20,000 bases of DNA from Catajapyx aquilonaris (taxonomy: Eukaryota): contig KZ538337.1 of NCBI GenBank assembly GCA_000934665.2, positions 61,634-81,633 of the forward strand, given 5' to 3'. The notes beneath the pieces are model-generated. The model was not told where the DNA came from. It saw only the letters and a program-made list of their open reading frames with translations, and searched no databases. Every line of letters begins with the position of its first letter. Position 1 is the first letter of the stretch. Below are positions 1 through 11,285 of the stretch, one piece after another. The translations under genes and the position numbers were made by a program.

Positions 1-1873
1 TTTGCCAGAATTACGCCCCATTCACATATTTTCCGAGAGCAATATAAACTACTCTTAGTAACATTTTAACATACAACCAGACTCTATTCATGCTGCACCC
101 CTTACAGATTACGTACGGCCCAAAATTTTTAGAGTAACTAAAAATATGAAAAGCTAAAAAGTTGACTTCATTACATGGACCAAAAACATTCAGTCACCCG
201 TCCTGACCACCTGACACAACATACGGCAGCAATCTCGGTCAGCCCACTCGTATCTCAAATGGGCTCCCAAAAGATATTTGGGGCACTAAACCAGGCATTA
301 ACCATAATAATTAAAGCAACTCCCACAAAAAAAATCAGCTCTAAGCAAGCAATATAGTCAGGTAATCTCAAATCCACTCGAACCTGTCATCAAGGACAGT
401 AATTCCGGCTTATTTGTTTACACTGAGAGGGTTATTGATTCAAAGAAAAGGTCAAGCGCGCCCGTAGGATAAACCGCTACATTGTCGTGAATACAGATAC
501 ATATCAAAGGTCAAGCACATACTTTATCAGCAAAGTGATTACAAAATGTAAACAACCGCACGTGCCATCTTCTGCACCTTATCTCCACGTGTTACTTATG
601 ACCGCTCAGGCTCTTGCAACACTGCCAAATGCCATGGTGACCATTCATGAAGCAGGCTCATCACGATGTTGCAGTCTACTTCCTTCTTCCTGTCTGGGTT
701 CAGGTGTAGAATATTAACTAACTGTTGATAGTAAGATCTTACGTCGTTGTGTACAGTGCTTTTCACATTTTTTTGTAGAGTGTAACGTACACTGGCATAC
801 TTTTATATGCATCTCAGCTCTGACGCCTACGCGAGAGGGCAACTAGTTTTTGTTGATAAATAGTTATCAGGTGAAGCCCACAGTCTGGATTTTTTTGGAG
901 TTCCCTAATTGGCAGTACAAGCCCACATCTGTCTGGAGAAATACCTGTAAGCCTACATGTATTTGGATCGGCTTGATAAAATCCTCTGAGGTTTTCCGTT
1001 CCATTGCCTTTTCTATAGGCAGTTGTCGCTACTTTAAAGAAATGTAACAAGTTGTTTGTCATGTCATTAGTATTATGGCAGCATAAGACACTTAGCAACT
1101 TGTCCATCTTTCCATTTGTCCCGGTACGGTGTGCCAACTACACCATGCAGTTGCAGTCAGGTTAACACGAAATTATCAATTCCCCATGGTGAAATTGTGC
1201 AATTGAAAAATCGCAACTAATTTTGCAATATATATACACAGGGTTTGTAGTACATAGGCTATACCAGCTCGCCCCTTTTTGGAATCCTAACATTGGCATT
1301 AAGTACCTAAGTAAGCGTCTATGTTGAAGCATAATCCCCTGTTAGGTACACTGTACTTGCCAGGCCACTAATGTAACTAAACCAGAGGGCATTTATATTA
1401 CAAATTCATAATAGCTCCTTGTGAAACTATGTGTTTGAGTCCATTCCATCCAGAGTGGAAACACTCCAAATGGGTAAATTCATAAATAAATAAATGTACT
1501 TCCACTAACAAAGCGGCATTAATTATTGCGTCAAATCTGGACCACCTGCACTCGACAACAATACATGGAACATGATATGTTTGTCAGTCAACTTCGTGAG
1601 AAAATGCTCCGCTGCACTGACTGTCAGTAAGCAAGGTTCTTGAAAGTGGATGCATCCCATCTGGATACACGCACACACACGCACCAAAAAAACATGCCAC
1701 GAAACCATACACTGCATGCATGTGTATGCTGGGAATAAATCCTGACTGCCAAGCTTCCCTTCCGGATTCCAAGGAGCATCTTCAGTGGTGACAGGCATCG
1801 ATTCTGGTTTCATACAAATTGCACCGCATGTGTTTCGTATGCACGATCACACATGTGCCGACAATATATGCAA

Positions 1874-1909
1874 ATGATGATGATGATAGTGTTGATGATG
1901 ATGATGATG
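1874..1909. repeat. Imperfect (ATG)n microsatellite
   Basis: ATGATGATGATGATAGTGTTGATGATGATGATGATG. Confidence 0.9.
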
Positions 1910-2418
1910 CGGACAGAAGAAGTCTGCAGTGCAAAATGACGACACTGCTTAAATGTGGGTTAGCTGGTGTCAAAGAAGAGGAGGCTGGAAATTAAATTTG
2001 GGACTAGGAAATGTGTGGAACGGAACACTTGTGTTTGCACTGCAGATTTTCTTCCCTCCCTAGGACTTAATGCAAATCCGCCGCAGAGGTATTTTGATAA
2101 CCTTAAGGGACCCCCTAAACTACGTCGTGTCAATTTCAATTGTGTACTGTTCTCTCCAAAAAAATAAATACCTCCTTTTTTTTAACTCCCTGCCAACTAA
2201 GATCAAGTGAACCCATCACATCATTCCTTCTATTGACACAGTCCCCCAACCAATATTGACAATGGTCTTGTGTTCTGAATCCTGTACAGACATCCTATAG
2301 TAGAGCAATTTCTACGATTGCGTTTCATTACCTACCGAGAGTACTTGAGCAGCAAATGCATTCTTCCAAACCGATGCATCTGACATAGTCCAATCATAAT
2401 TATGAGGTCTACTGCTTA

Positions 2419-2547
2419 CAGGGTGTTCCTATAAATTTGCCCAATTTATTCAACCCTTGTCGCCTAAAATGCAGGACATTCTCCCATTCCGCCAAAATCA
2501 ACTGCTTTTATGAGAGGAAGTGCGTATACCCGTTGAGGAACACCCTG
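2419..2547. mobile_element. Small Tc1/mariner-type MITE, 129 bp
   Basis: Perfect 12-bp TIR CAGGGTGTTCCT / AGGAACACCCTG, flanked by TA at 2417-2418 and 2548-2549. Confidence 0.72.
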
Positions 2548-3470
2548 TACATTGCGGCACTTTGAGAGGCTTTGCTAAATCGGGTTCTATATTCGAGGCT
2601 AGCAATAAGTGCAACGTTTGATCAGCTAGGGCGTGATAATTAGGGGCTGGTAACAGAGCCGATCCAATCAATAAAGTTCTATTAGACGAAGCCTGTGTAT
2701 AGGATCAAGTGGTGGAGCGTGCGGGCATCCTGATTATATAATTTTTCCCACCTTCATAAAAGCCGAGTTCCACTTGAAAAAGACCTTATCGAAAGTGATG
2801 AAAGCAAAAGGAAACCCCCCCCACCATAATTCCAGATAACGTCACGCAAGTTTCACTAAAATGAAGGATTTATTGATATTGAAGCAGAAGAAGTTTCCAA
2901 GCACTGATATGACATCTGCTTCATTATGATGACAAACTGCGCGGATGTAGGAACAAAGTACATTTCCGCTTTGCTTTATCTTATTAGAGATAATTCATCA
3001 CACCCGGGCACTAATGAAAGTGAAAACGACTGAAAGATGGGCCACCGATTGTATGGGCTCATCGCATCTATCTATATCGCTATAACCTTTTGATCCGCAT
3101 TGTGACCCGCACCATGACACGCCCTGTTCAATGCCCAATAGTAATAACCGAAACAGTGTCGGGAAAAAGTGATTTTTACACAATGAGGCTCATTCATCTG
3201 GACAGAAATGTGCTGTTATCGCCAGGAACAACCATATCAAGGGCTAAGCCGGACAATGTTCGGTATTGCACGGTCCAAAATCTATTACCAACGTTGCCAC
3301 ATGCCTGAAAAAATCAACATGTGACCCGCACCCTGACTAAAAAGCCAGTTTGTATTCATACCTTTGTAATATTATGATGTCACTCTGTTTAAAAATATTG
3401 AGTTGAAATAGCCAAAATAATTCGGTTGAAACAATCGAACACTTTTCAACCAAAATGGCTAGTCCTTTAA

Positions 3471-3884
3471 AGGGACACTCCACTCAAAAAACAAGTTTGG
3501 CTCTAAATATCGGGCAAAAAATCCTGAATCCGACGATGCAATTAGTTTTTCGCTACGCAGAATGGTAATCCCAGGGCGAGGTGTCAAAGTGTGTCGTCTG
3601 CTAATGAGTGGCTCCGCCACGCGGGGAACAGGGGAACTGGAGGGCTGCACCGCTCTGGGATGGGCCTAAGCGCGCGGGCAGGCGGGAGCAGCCCTCCAGT
3701 TCCCAAGGTCCCGAGGGCGTCGCTGGCGGACGGCCAGCTTCTAGCGCACTATTTGAATTTCCCCACTTTGACCCCTCGCCCTGGGATTACCGTTCCGCGT
3801 GGCGTAAAACGGATTGCACCTTCGGATTCAGGATTTTTTGCCCGATTTTTAGAGCCAAACTTGTTTTTTGAGTGGAGTGTCCCT
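3471..3884. mobile_element. Non-autonomous Kolobok-like DNA transposon (MITE), 414 bp
   Basis: About 121-bp terminal inverted repeats (3471-3591 / 3764-3884) starting AGGGACACTCCACTCAAAAAACAAG and ending CTTGTTTTTTGAGTGGAGTGTCCCT. TTAA sits on both sides (3467-3470, 3885-3888). A TTAA TSD with 5'-RR...YY-3' ends is the Kolobok signature (piggyBac would start CCY). No transposase ORF. Confidence 0.88.
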
Positions 3885-5584
3885 TTAAACGAAAGAATGG
3901 TTCAGCCCTCCTCCACCCGGCTCTTCCCTCCTATCACGTCCTCGAATCACTCCGATGCTCAGAAAACACGACTGCTGTGACGTCAATTAATTAGTTAATT
4001 AGAGGCTAATATCTTTCAGCCAGTTTCGGTTACCGGTACCTCAACCATTACTGTAAATTCGCAACTTTCATGACCGTGCAGTTCCAAAGTGTAACACTTT
4101 CTGCACACGGTCCTGTAAGGTGTCACTGGCCTGTTGATCGCAGTTTGGGTGCGAATCTAAACAGGTTTTCTTTTTGCAGGAGACGCCAAACATTTTCACC
4201 GGTCCATATAAGGTCCGTCCCAAGTCTGGTAGTTACCCACGCTTCAATTCCATTCGATACACCCTACATATCCACCCTGTTCCCATCTGGACTTACACTA
4301 CTTGGTAGATAAGAAGACACGAGTCCTGTAAAGTGACAACCACCGCCATTTTCCCCTATTCTCTATGCCAACTCGCATCCAGCTGTCCATAAACTAATTC
4401 TGGACATGTTCCCAACTGTATCCTCCCTTGTTGATGTCAGCGCTGGTTTTGCTGAATATTATTCATAACACCAAAGGCCACCACCAAATTTATGACACCC
4501 ATGTAAAGATTTACATACATAAAGGTGGCAGTGAGGGTATAGGAAGAGAGGGGGGGGGGCTAATTATGGGACTCAAAGTGGGTGGGCATAAGATTCGACC
4601 CCCCAAAAAGGTGTGGGTTTTTCCCGTGACGTAAAAGACTCACCGGAGGCAACATACGCGTTTCATCTCTACCGACTATTTGCATACCTTCATCACGACT
4701 GGACGTTGATGGAATTGCAACTGGGGTGCCTAGGCCCAGGGACTTTTGATTACCATGTCCTCACGTGTTCCCTCCGATTCTTATTACCGCATCTGATGAC
4801 CAGAGTTATGCGCTGCTAGAGTTTCCTAGCTGAATTTCTGGAGAGGTTGAATTTACCACGGAATTTTGCGGGTCCCCTATTTAGAGAAAGGTCGTAAACT
4901 ACAGCTCTATAAAGGTCGTACCATTTTCGGATGGAGCAGATTCCTGCGGGATGCAAAGCAAGTTTTTTACCGTATGCAAATAAACCTGATGATAGACTAT
5001 AAAGATATACTATCTAGATTATTCTTCATAACGGTCATGAAAGAATGTCATCTGACCACACCTTTCGGCGTTATGTACCCACCCAAAGGTGGCAAGTAAT
5101 TTTTTGAATATAAAAATAGTCGCAATCTGGATCTACATTGAGCGACATTGGGTTGAGATGGAATGAGAATGAGAGACAAGATGCCAACCCAATGTAGGCA
5201 AAGAGTGGCAGACCCCACAATTTACCATTGGCCACGGCTGGAACCTTCTCCTAATATTAAACCAGCTCAGTAACCACAAAAAAATCTAAAAATGTAGCAG
5301 TTGGGCCTGTACCTCTTCTGCCCAAAAACTAGAATGAAACACCAGGACCACCCAGGCAAGGTACTTGTCTTCATATAGGTTTCCTTCCATGGCCATCATG
5401 AAATACGCAATCCCCCGCTGAACTCCAGCCTCTAGATGAGGGCTCAAGGAATGAGGGAGGACCAAGGACCCCCAAACTCACAAAATCGGATTGTTTTTGC
5501 TGATGATATGATGCTGGTGGACTCCACAAACAAGTCTAGGGGTCTGAGTTTTGCTTTTATTTAGCTTTGGGATGCCTCTGAGTT

Positions 5585-5613
5585 GGGGGTGGGAGGGGAG
5601 GGAGGGGGGGGGG
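5585..5613 (+). repeat. G-rich tract with G-quadruplex-forming pattern
   Basis: GGGGG-T-GGG-A-GGGG-A-GGG-A-G10: five G-runs with 1-nt loops. Confidence 0.75.
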
Positions 5614-6481
5614 AGAGAGAGAAAAGTCTTGGAATAGTAATAAAAAAGAATTTATGGCGGCTCGCCGCGGCGCTAAAGCCAAGATTGCTCAAAGCAGCGT
5701 CTTGAGTGATTTAGATTGTGGAGTAATAGATATCATCCTGATAAGTCCAGTAGCCAGCACATAAGAGAATCCTTGTTTGTGCTGAAGAAAAATCCAGTTG
5801 GCATATCAGTGAATGTGGTGTAGCCTATAAATTGGGCATAAGCCACGATAGTCGGGATTTGTGTATACACATTGTATCTCACGCTAACACTGACGTGATG
5901 TAAAATTGCATCGGGAGAACAATTTAAGTATAACGTCAAACATTACTACAGTGGAACTTTACCTAACGCCATTATTTCAGGGCAGCAAGTATTATACAGT
6001 CTAAACAGAGACGGGACAAAGTTTGTCAGTCACTTCAGCAATGTAAGTAGTTAGTGAAATGCTGCCGCATAATCTTCTAGTGTTCAGCATTTATTACTCT
6101 GTTGGACGAGATTTGTGGGGTCTAAAGGTTAAAAGTACTGCATTATGGCATTAAATCTTCAAAGTTTATTCTAGGACGCTGGGGGTGGTTGGATCTTGCG
6201 TCTCTTATTTTCCGGAAGGCTTACTCTGCACGACCGTAATCGCTAAGCGTAAAATGATTTTTAAATGACATGTATTTCACTGCGGTATGGATGTACTGTA
6301 CGCCTCAAATGTAAAACATTCTCAAATTTTTGGATATGACGAGACATTAAAGTTACGTTCAATGCGACATACACCTATGTACAATATGATTATAAACAAT
6401 ACTTTATAACTTAGGCATGTCCAAAATATTGCAACGATATGGCTTCAAAAGAGCATTTCTTTTGTACCGCACTGTACCCGC

Positions 6482-6534
6482 CGATCTGATTGGTGGAGCA
6501 GAGTTCACCACCCTGTGCTCCACCAATCAGATCG
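6482..6534. repeat. Perfect 19-bp inverted repeat with 15-nt spacer
   Basis: CGATCTGATTGGTGGAGCA (6482-6500) / TGCTCCACCAATCAGATCG (6516-6534). Confidence 0.92.
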
Positions 6535-7872
6535 CTTAGGGTATCTGATGTGGTGTGGAGAGGGAGATGTCGCTCTGGGTACTGTAGACACGAACAAAAT
6601 TCTTACACGAAATATCATTTTTGAGAAACAAACTTGAAGCCCTAAGAAAAAATGTGGCCATGGCAACACCAAAACAATTTTACTCCACTTTCAAAGAAAT
6701 CGGCAGTTAAAAATCGGACGAAATTTGAAATTTCACGTCTAATTCAGATTCATATATAACGCGAAATGTCTGAAATTAGCAAACGCGACACGACTGACTC
6801 CTCCAAATAATCCATATCCCATCAGCTTTTCACAAGGACCGCCTCCATATCATTTCAGCCTAATTAATTTTCTCTCTCAACCCCTCCCCCTCACCCATCT
6901 TTTTGAGATATGCAATTCCAGTGCAAATCATCGCAAGCTGACTGCATAACCGAGCGTCTTATCATAGATTCAGCATATTTTACTAAAGACCACGAAAAAA
7001 AAATATTTATATATATAAAGATGCAGAGTCTTCGGTAATGAAAGTCAAACAAGGGCACTGATATCGCCGAGTTCAAAATGTTTATGCGGCAAGTCATTTG
7101 GCTGACTAAAGGGATAGAATAATCCGTGACTCGCGCGACATTTTTTTTTTCTTTCCTCGAGGGCTTCAAAGTGTGTCATCCAGCTGAGAGTTTGAGTTTA
7201 TATAAGGGATCCTCTCATCAGGACGCTTCTTGGAAGATAAACACCCAAGCTGTTAGAGAGAGGGGGGAGGGGGGGGGGACCAAAGGTTATCAACCACATG
7301 AGTCGTAATCTTGGGTTTTTAAATTATGTTAAAACCGATGATGAGTTAGGAACAAGTGTAGCGGATTTATGGTTTGGAGTAGACAATAATGTAGATTTAT
7401 GCTTGAATTAATCTTATTGCTGGAGGCTACATTATTTTAAAATGTTATTATATACATGTAAAAGACCCAATGTTGATTCAAGAAATAGTGATCGATTTTT
7501 TTTACACAACAATTCGACTGGACTAGGAATAGCTTTGTGTCCAACACAACTTTTTTAACAGCCAACAAAGTTGTCCTCGTATATGGACCACAAAATCCCT
7601 TGCTAAATGTGCAAAAAAATTCGGGGGTTTTGTTGAATGGCTTGTTGCGGGAACCAAATTTTTCTGCGGATCCAATAAAAATCCTTTGTTGCGAAAAATT
7701 TATTTTTCGACCTGTGCAGTACAATACAATGCGAGGGAGTAGTCATTTTGGTGCTCCTGTGTAGGCTACCTTGTGCTCAAAACCCTTCGAGGTGCCTTGA
7801 CGTGCGGTAAATAACAAGTCAGACTATTAAATAAGAAATCGTAGGCGAAAAAGTCGCTGATGGACATACATC

Positions 7873-8012
<140 letters not shown>

Positions 8013-9299
8013 GGGAAGCCCACATGAAGGTTATCGTAACCTTTATGACACTTCGAGTAGTGATGCGAATATATGATAATCCATGAGAAAAAAAAACTAA
8101 CTATTGTGTTTCCTAATGCGAACCATTCATGCATGAAGCTAATGCATGGTAATAACTGGCTGAAAATAGTCATGATTACATGTTCGTTCTTACAGGGGAC
8201 ATTATCTAAGAGTCAAGTTGCGTTTCAATCAGTGTTAAGCAGGTCTCGCCCAAAACCGCCCATAACTCACCAGCACTACACTATAGATAAGTTACTCGTC
8301 AAAGTGTGGTTCACACTCTTATGCGAACACTATCGAAGGTCATCGGTGTCCAGACGGGATGTAGACTTGCTGTGCCGTACAAATACGCGGAGGTAGAAAA
8401 TGAGTTCAAATTGGTGCTCGCAGGTCACGACTATTGTAAATTTTCTCATGCTCTAATGATGTTGATGGTTTGAAGTCACTGAGCGTGGTAGTGTTCAAAA
8501 ATTGCACAGTATCATATCAGGCATGTCTATTTCCGCCTTGAGATAAGAACGTGTCAGTGGTGGGAGTGGGTAGAGTGGGTGGATGTTCTTCACATGCCTG
8601 CCTCCGCTCACGGCATAAATATGTCGCATGCAATTCAGCGCAATCTTATCTATACCGCTCATAACATCCTCATCATACCCTGCTGTACAGCAAAATTTGC
8701 ATCTTCTGACACATAATTTAGATATTCCAATTACATTCCACAACTCGATCTTATTTACACTGCCATATACGAACCAGCTGTGTATCATAATCAGCTGTCG
8801 ACTGCTGATGCAAGATATACCTATAATTATTACACCAGCGTACTATCATTTTTTTTCCATGACACTATCAAGTACTGTATACATCATACTCTTGTCTAAG
8901 TAGCTGTTTGATTCAAACAGCGTGAACCCACATCCGACCCCATCAATCAACCCCTCTGAGACGCTGTTCTTTAAATATATATACAAAAAAATCACTCGGT
9001 TCTGCAAATGTGGGTGAAGGTTGAGCCAAGTGCACCACAGGTCAAGTTCACTTCCTCACTGTTAACCCATCCTTACACAATCACTCCATTCAAGCTGCTG
9101 TATCTTCCATCTTACACAAGTCTTCTCGGATGCAGGATAGGCCGACTTGGTTCCTTGCCTGGGGATTGTTTATTTCAAATCTGGCATCCTTCCGAACCAA
9201 ATCGGAACTGGGCCGCACGTGTACTATCATAAATACAAGGTGTTTCCGAAATTGAGAATTTGAGGAAATCAGGTAGCTGCTACCTGCAACGTTCTATCT

Positions 9300-9595
9300 C
9301 AGGGGTGACGGGCAATCTTTTTTTTCTCCGTGGGCCGCATAGAGATTTTTTTAAAAAAAATTTGAAGGGCCGCATCTAACAAAAGAAATTTATCGTTTGA
9401 AATGAACTTCCATTAATTGCGTAAATTATCATTAAATTCTCTGAAACTCGATAAAATTAGCTAAATATATCAATGAAAATGGCCTGTATAATTTTTTTTT
9501 AAAAAAAACAATGTTTTTGTTTATTTAAAACGGCACCGAAATTTTTGCGCGGGCCGCACAAATTGTCTTCGCGGGCCGTACGTTACCCACCCCGG
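9300..9595. mobile_element. hAT (Charlie-like) non-autonomous element, ~296 bp
   Basis: Starts CAGGGGTG and ends CACCCCGG. Four subterminal GGGCCG(C/T)A motifs, two near each end, and an AT-rich interior, as in Charlie-type MITEs. No clean adjacent 8-bp TSD. Confidence 0.6.
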
Positions 9596-10729
9596 ATAGC
9601 TGCTATGCTCAAATGTACTCATTAAATTTAATAGGTAAAAAAATAATTCAGGGTATAATCGGAGATTTTCGTCTTGATATGTGTTGATATAACCGATAAC
9701 ATATCAGGTATAATCGCGGTTAAAAAAATTATTCAGTCTGTGTACAGTATAACCACAAAATAAATTTTTCCTGTCTTCTGGGACCTCCCTGAGAACCGGT
9801 TTATTTCAAGTCACATGTTGACAATTTTGCAGGCAATATTGTCACATTGTACAGGCTTGGCGTCGTCGCCAGCCCTCTGAAACAAATCCTTGCAAGCTAA
9901 TGTAAACCTCAGAAGGTGGTCGCTAGTGTCGAGCGCAATATATAGTGTCAGCCATATTTCATCCCATTTTGGGGGAGGTAGAAATCTTGGCAAGAGGAAT
10001 TTTGATTCCAGACGACTGGCACATTTTGCGCACAATTAAAACGCCCGGAGGTGTTAGAGAGACATTAACCTGGCAGAGTGTAAACTGAAATGGGAGCTTC
10101 CGAACAGTGCTGATGGCCGTCATAAAGCGGCGGCGTCAATTTTGGATAATCCGGACGAATAATTCACTACCCGGTTTGTGGAAAGTTCCGAGGAGCCACT
10201 TCTAGTATGAAACATTTATGCCTGGAAATGGCCCGGCTTGCGCATGACATGAGAAACCCTACCATAGGCCTGTCGACAGGCTACATCGCACAAATTATGC
10301 ATCAGCTTCAAACAGTCAGGAAGTTCGCATCGCAACTTGTGCCGAGCCAAACCGCATGCCTACGTTATGGTTTTCTTGCTAAAAGGCATCAAGGCCCATG
10401 GCACATTCGTGGAATATAAATGTCCAGGAACGGTTTTCAACCTCTGAAGACGCACTGAATTGTAGGATGATCAGTCACAAAGGGGTGATTTCAAGATATG
10501 AGCGTTTGCGGTTTGGATGATTGTATTGCCCTGTATGGGATCATTTTTGTATCTAACATTTCTCTCGGGAAGCATAAAGTTACTTGACCTTTGTAATGTA
10601 TATCTGGCTGGGTCACAATTCGGTAAATGTGAAATATGCAGTTCCAGCGCATGGGCATACAAGAGAAACACTCAGATTGTGTTGGTTTGAAGTTAAGGAA
10701 AATGTAATGTTAACACTTTCATCGGTACC

Positions 10730-10959
10730 TTTATAATTGATATTAATGAGGTTGGCCCAGCATTGCCTTTCAACCTCCAAGGATAGGGAAGGAAGGAAGC
10801 GGCTGTGGCCTATTATACGGAAGCGACCCCGGAATTATCCTAGAAAGAGCGTGGAAAACCACAGAAAACCACGGTCAGGGTTGCCGGCCCCGGGATTCGA
10901 ACCCAGGACCTCCCGATTAGCAGTCGGACGCCCTATCCACTATGCCAACCTGCTTCGGT
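10730..10959 (-). mobile_element. tRNA-derived SINE
   Basis: On the minus strand: Pol III A-box TGGCATAGTGG (10937-10947) and B-box GGTTCGAATCC (10893-10903), anticodon-like arm TCCGA-CTGCTAA-TCGGG and T-arm CTGGG-TTCGAAT-CCCGG. These are followed by a ~150-bp tRNA-unrelated body, a 3' stem-loop (10748-10777) and an AT-rich end. TCGGTACC occurs at both ends (10722-10729, 10955-10962), a possible TSD. Confidence 0.85.
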
Positions 10960-10965
10960 ACCGTA

Positions 10966-11285
10966 TCTATATTATTAATACCCGACTGTCATGGAAACTC
11001 TTCCAGCACCGTACGGCATACAGCATTGGGAGGTGTTTCAAAATTTTGCTCGCGTTTTCTATATTTGCAAACCACTTTTTTAAAATAGTGCCCTTGGAAT
11101 TTATAAAACGCAAAAAAAACGCGACGTCGCCAGTTCCACGGAATTCCCATTTCCGCCGTGCAGGGCGCTACCTGTTTGGTCACGACTCTCTTCTGCACGT
11201 GAGACGTTACCGTCGGATGTCGCTTCGATGCTGCTGCCTTTACCACACTAACCACTTTTGCCAAATGTTGGCAACCGGTGACTAG
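10966..11285 (+). mobile_element. Non-autonomous Helitron, copy 1 (320 bp)
   Basis: A|TCTATATTATTAA 5' end and CTAG|T 3' end (11282-11286). Hairpin TTGCCAA-ATG-TTGGCAA (11258-11274) lies 7 nt before CTAG. No TSD or TIR. Collinear similarity to 12476-12870. Confidence 0.82.

Noticed and set aside
814..1137. 107-aa minus-strand ORF as a possible transposase relic
   Set aside because: No catalytic or family motif recognised in any frame.
3459..3980. Similar peptides on opposite strands (LTPRPGIT...SDSGFFAR.LEPNLFFEWSVPL)
   Set aside because: An artefact of the MITE's terminal inverted repeats, not paralogous genes.
4204..4213. CArG box CCATATAAGG
   Set aside because: A single degenerate 10-mer of this type is expected by chance in 20 kb.
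5145..5195. 11-bp inverted repeat ACATTGGGTTG/CAACCCAATGT
   Set aside because: Short, with no TSD or other support.
8300..8935. Possible Harbinger-like ends (GTGTGGTTCACACT / AGCGTGAACCCAC)
   Set aside because: The match is weak and has no TSD. Single TIR-like starts at about 5947 and 13373 likewise lack partners.
10884..10954. tRNA-Ser(GCT) gene
   Set aside because: The acceptor and D stems pair poorly, the long variable arm of tRNA-Ser is absent, and the sequence continues into a SINE body.
10737..11285. Longest ORF (182 aa)
   Set aside because: It spans the antisense SINE and Helitron copy 1, has a non-ATG start and shows no recognisable domain; a chance open frame.
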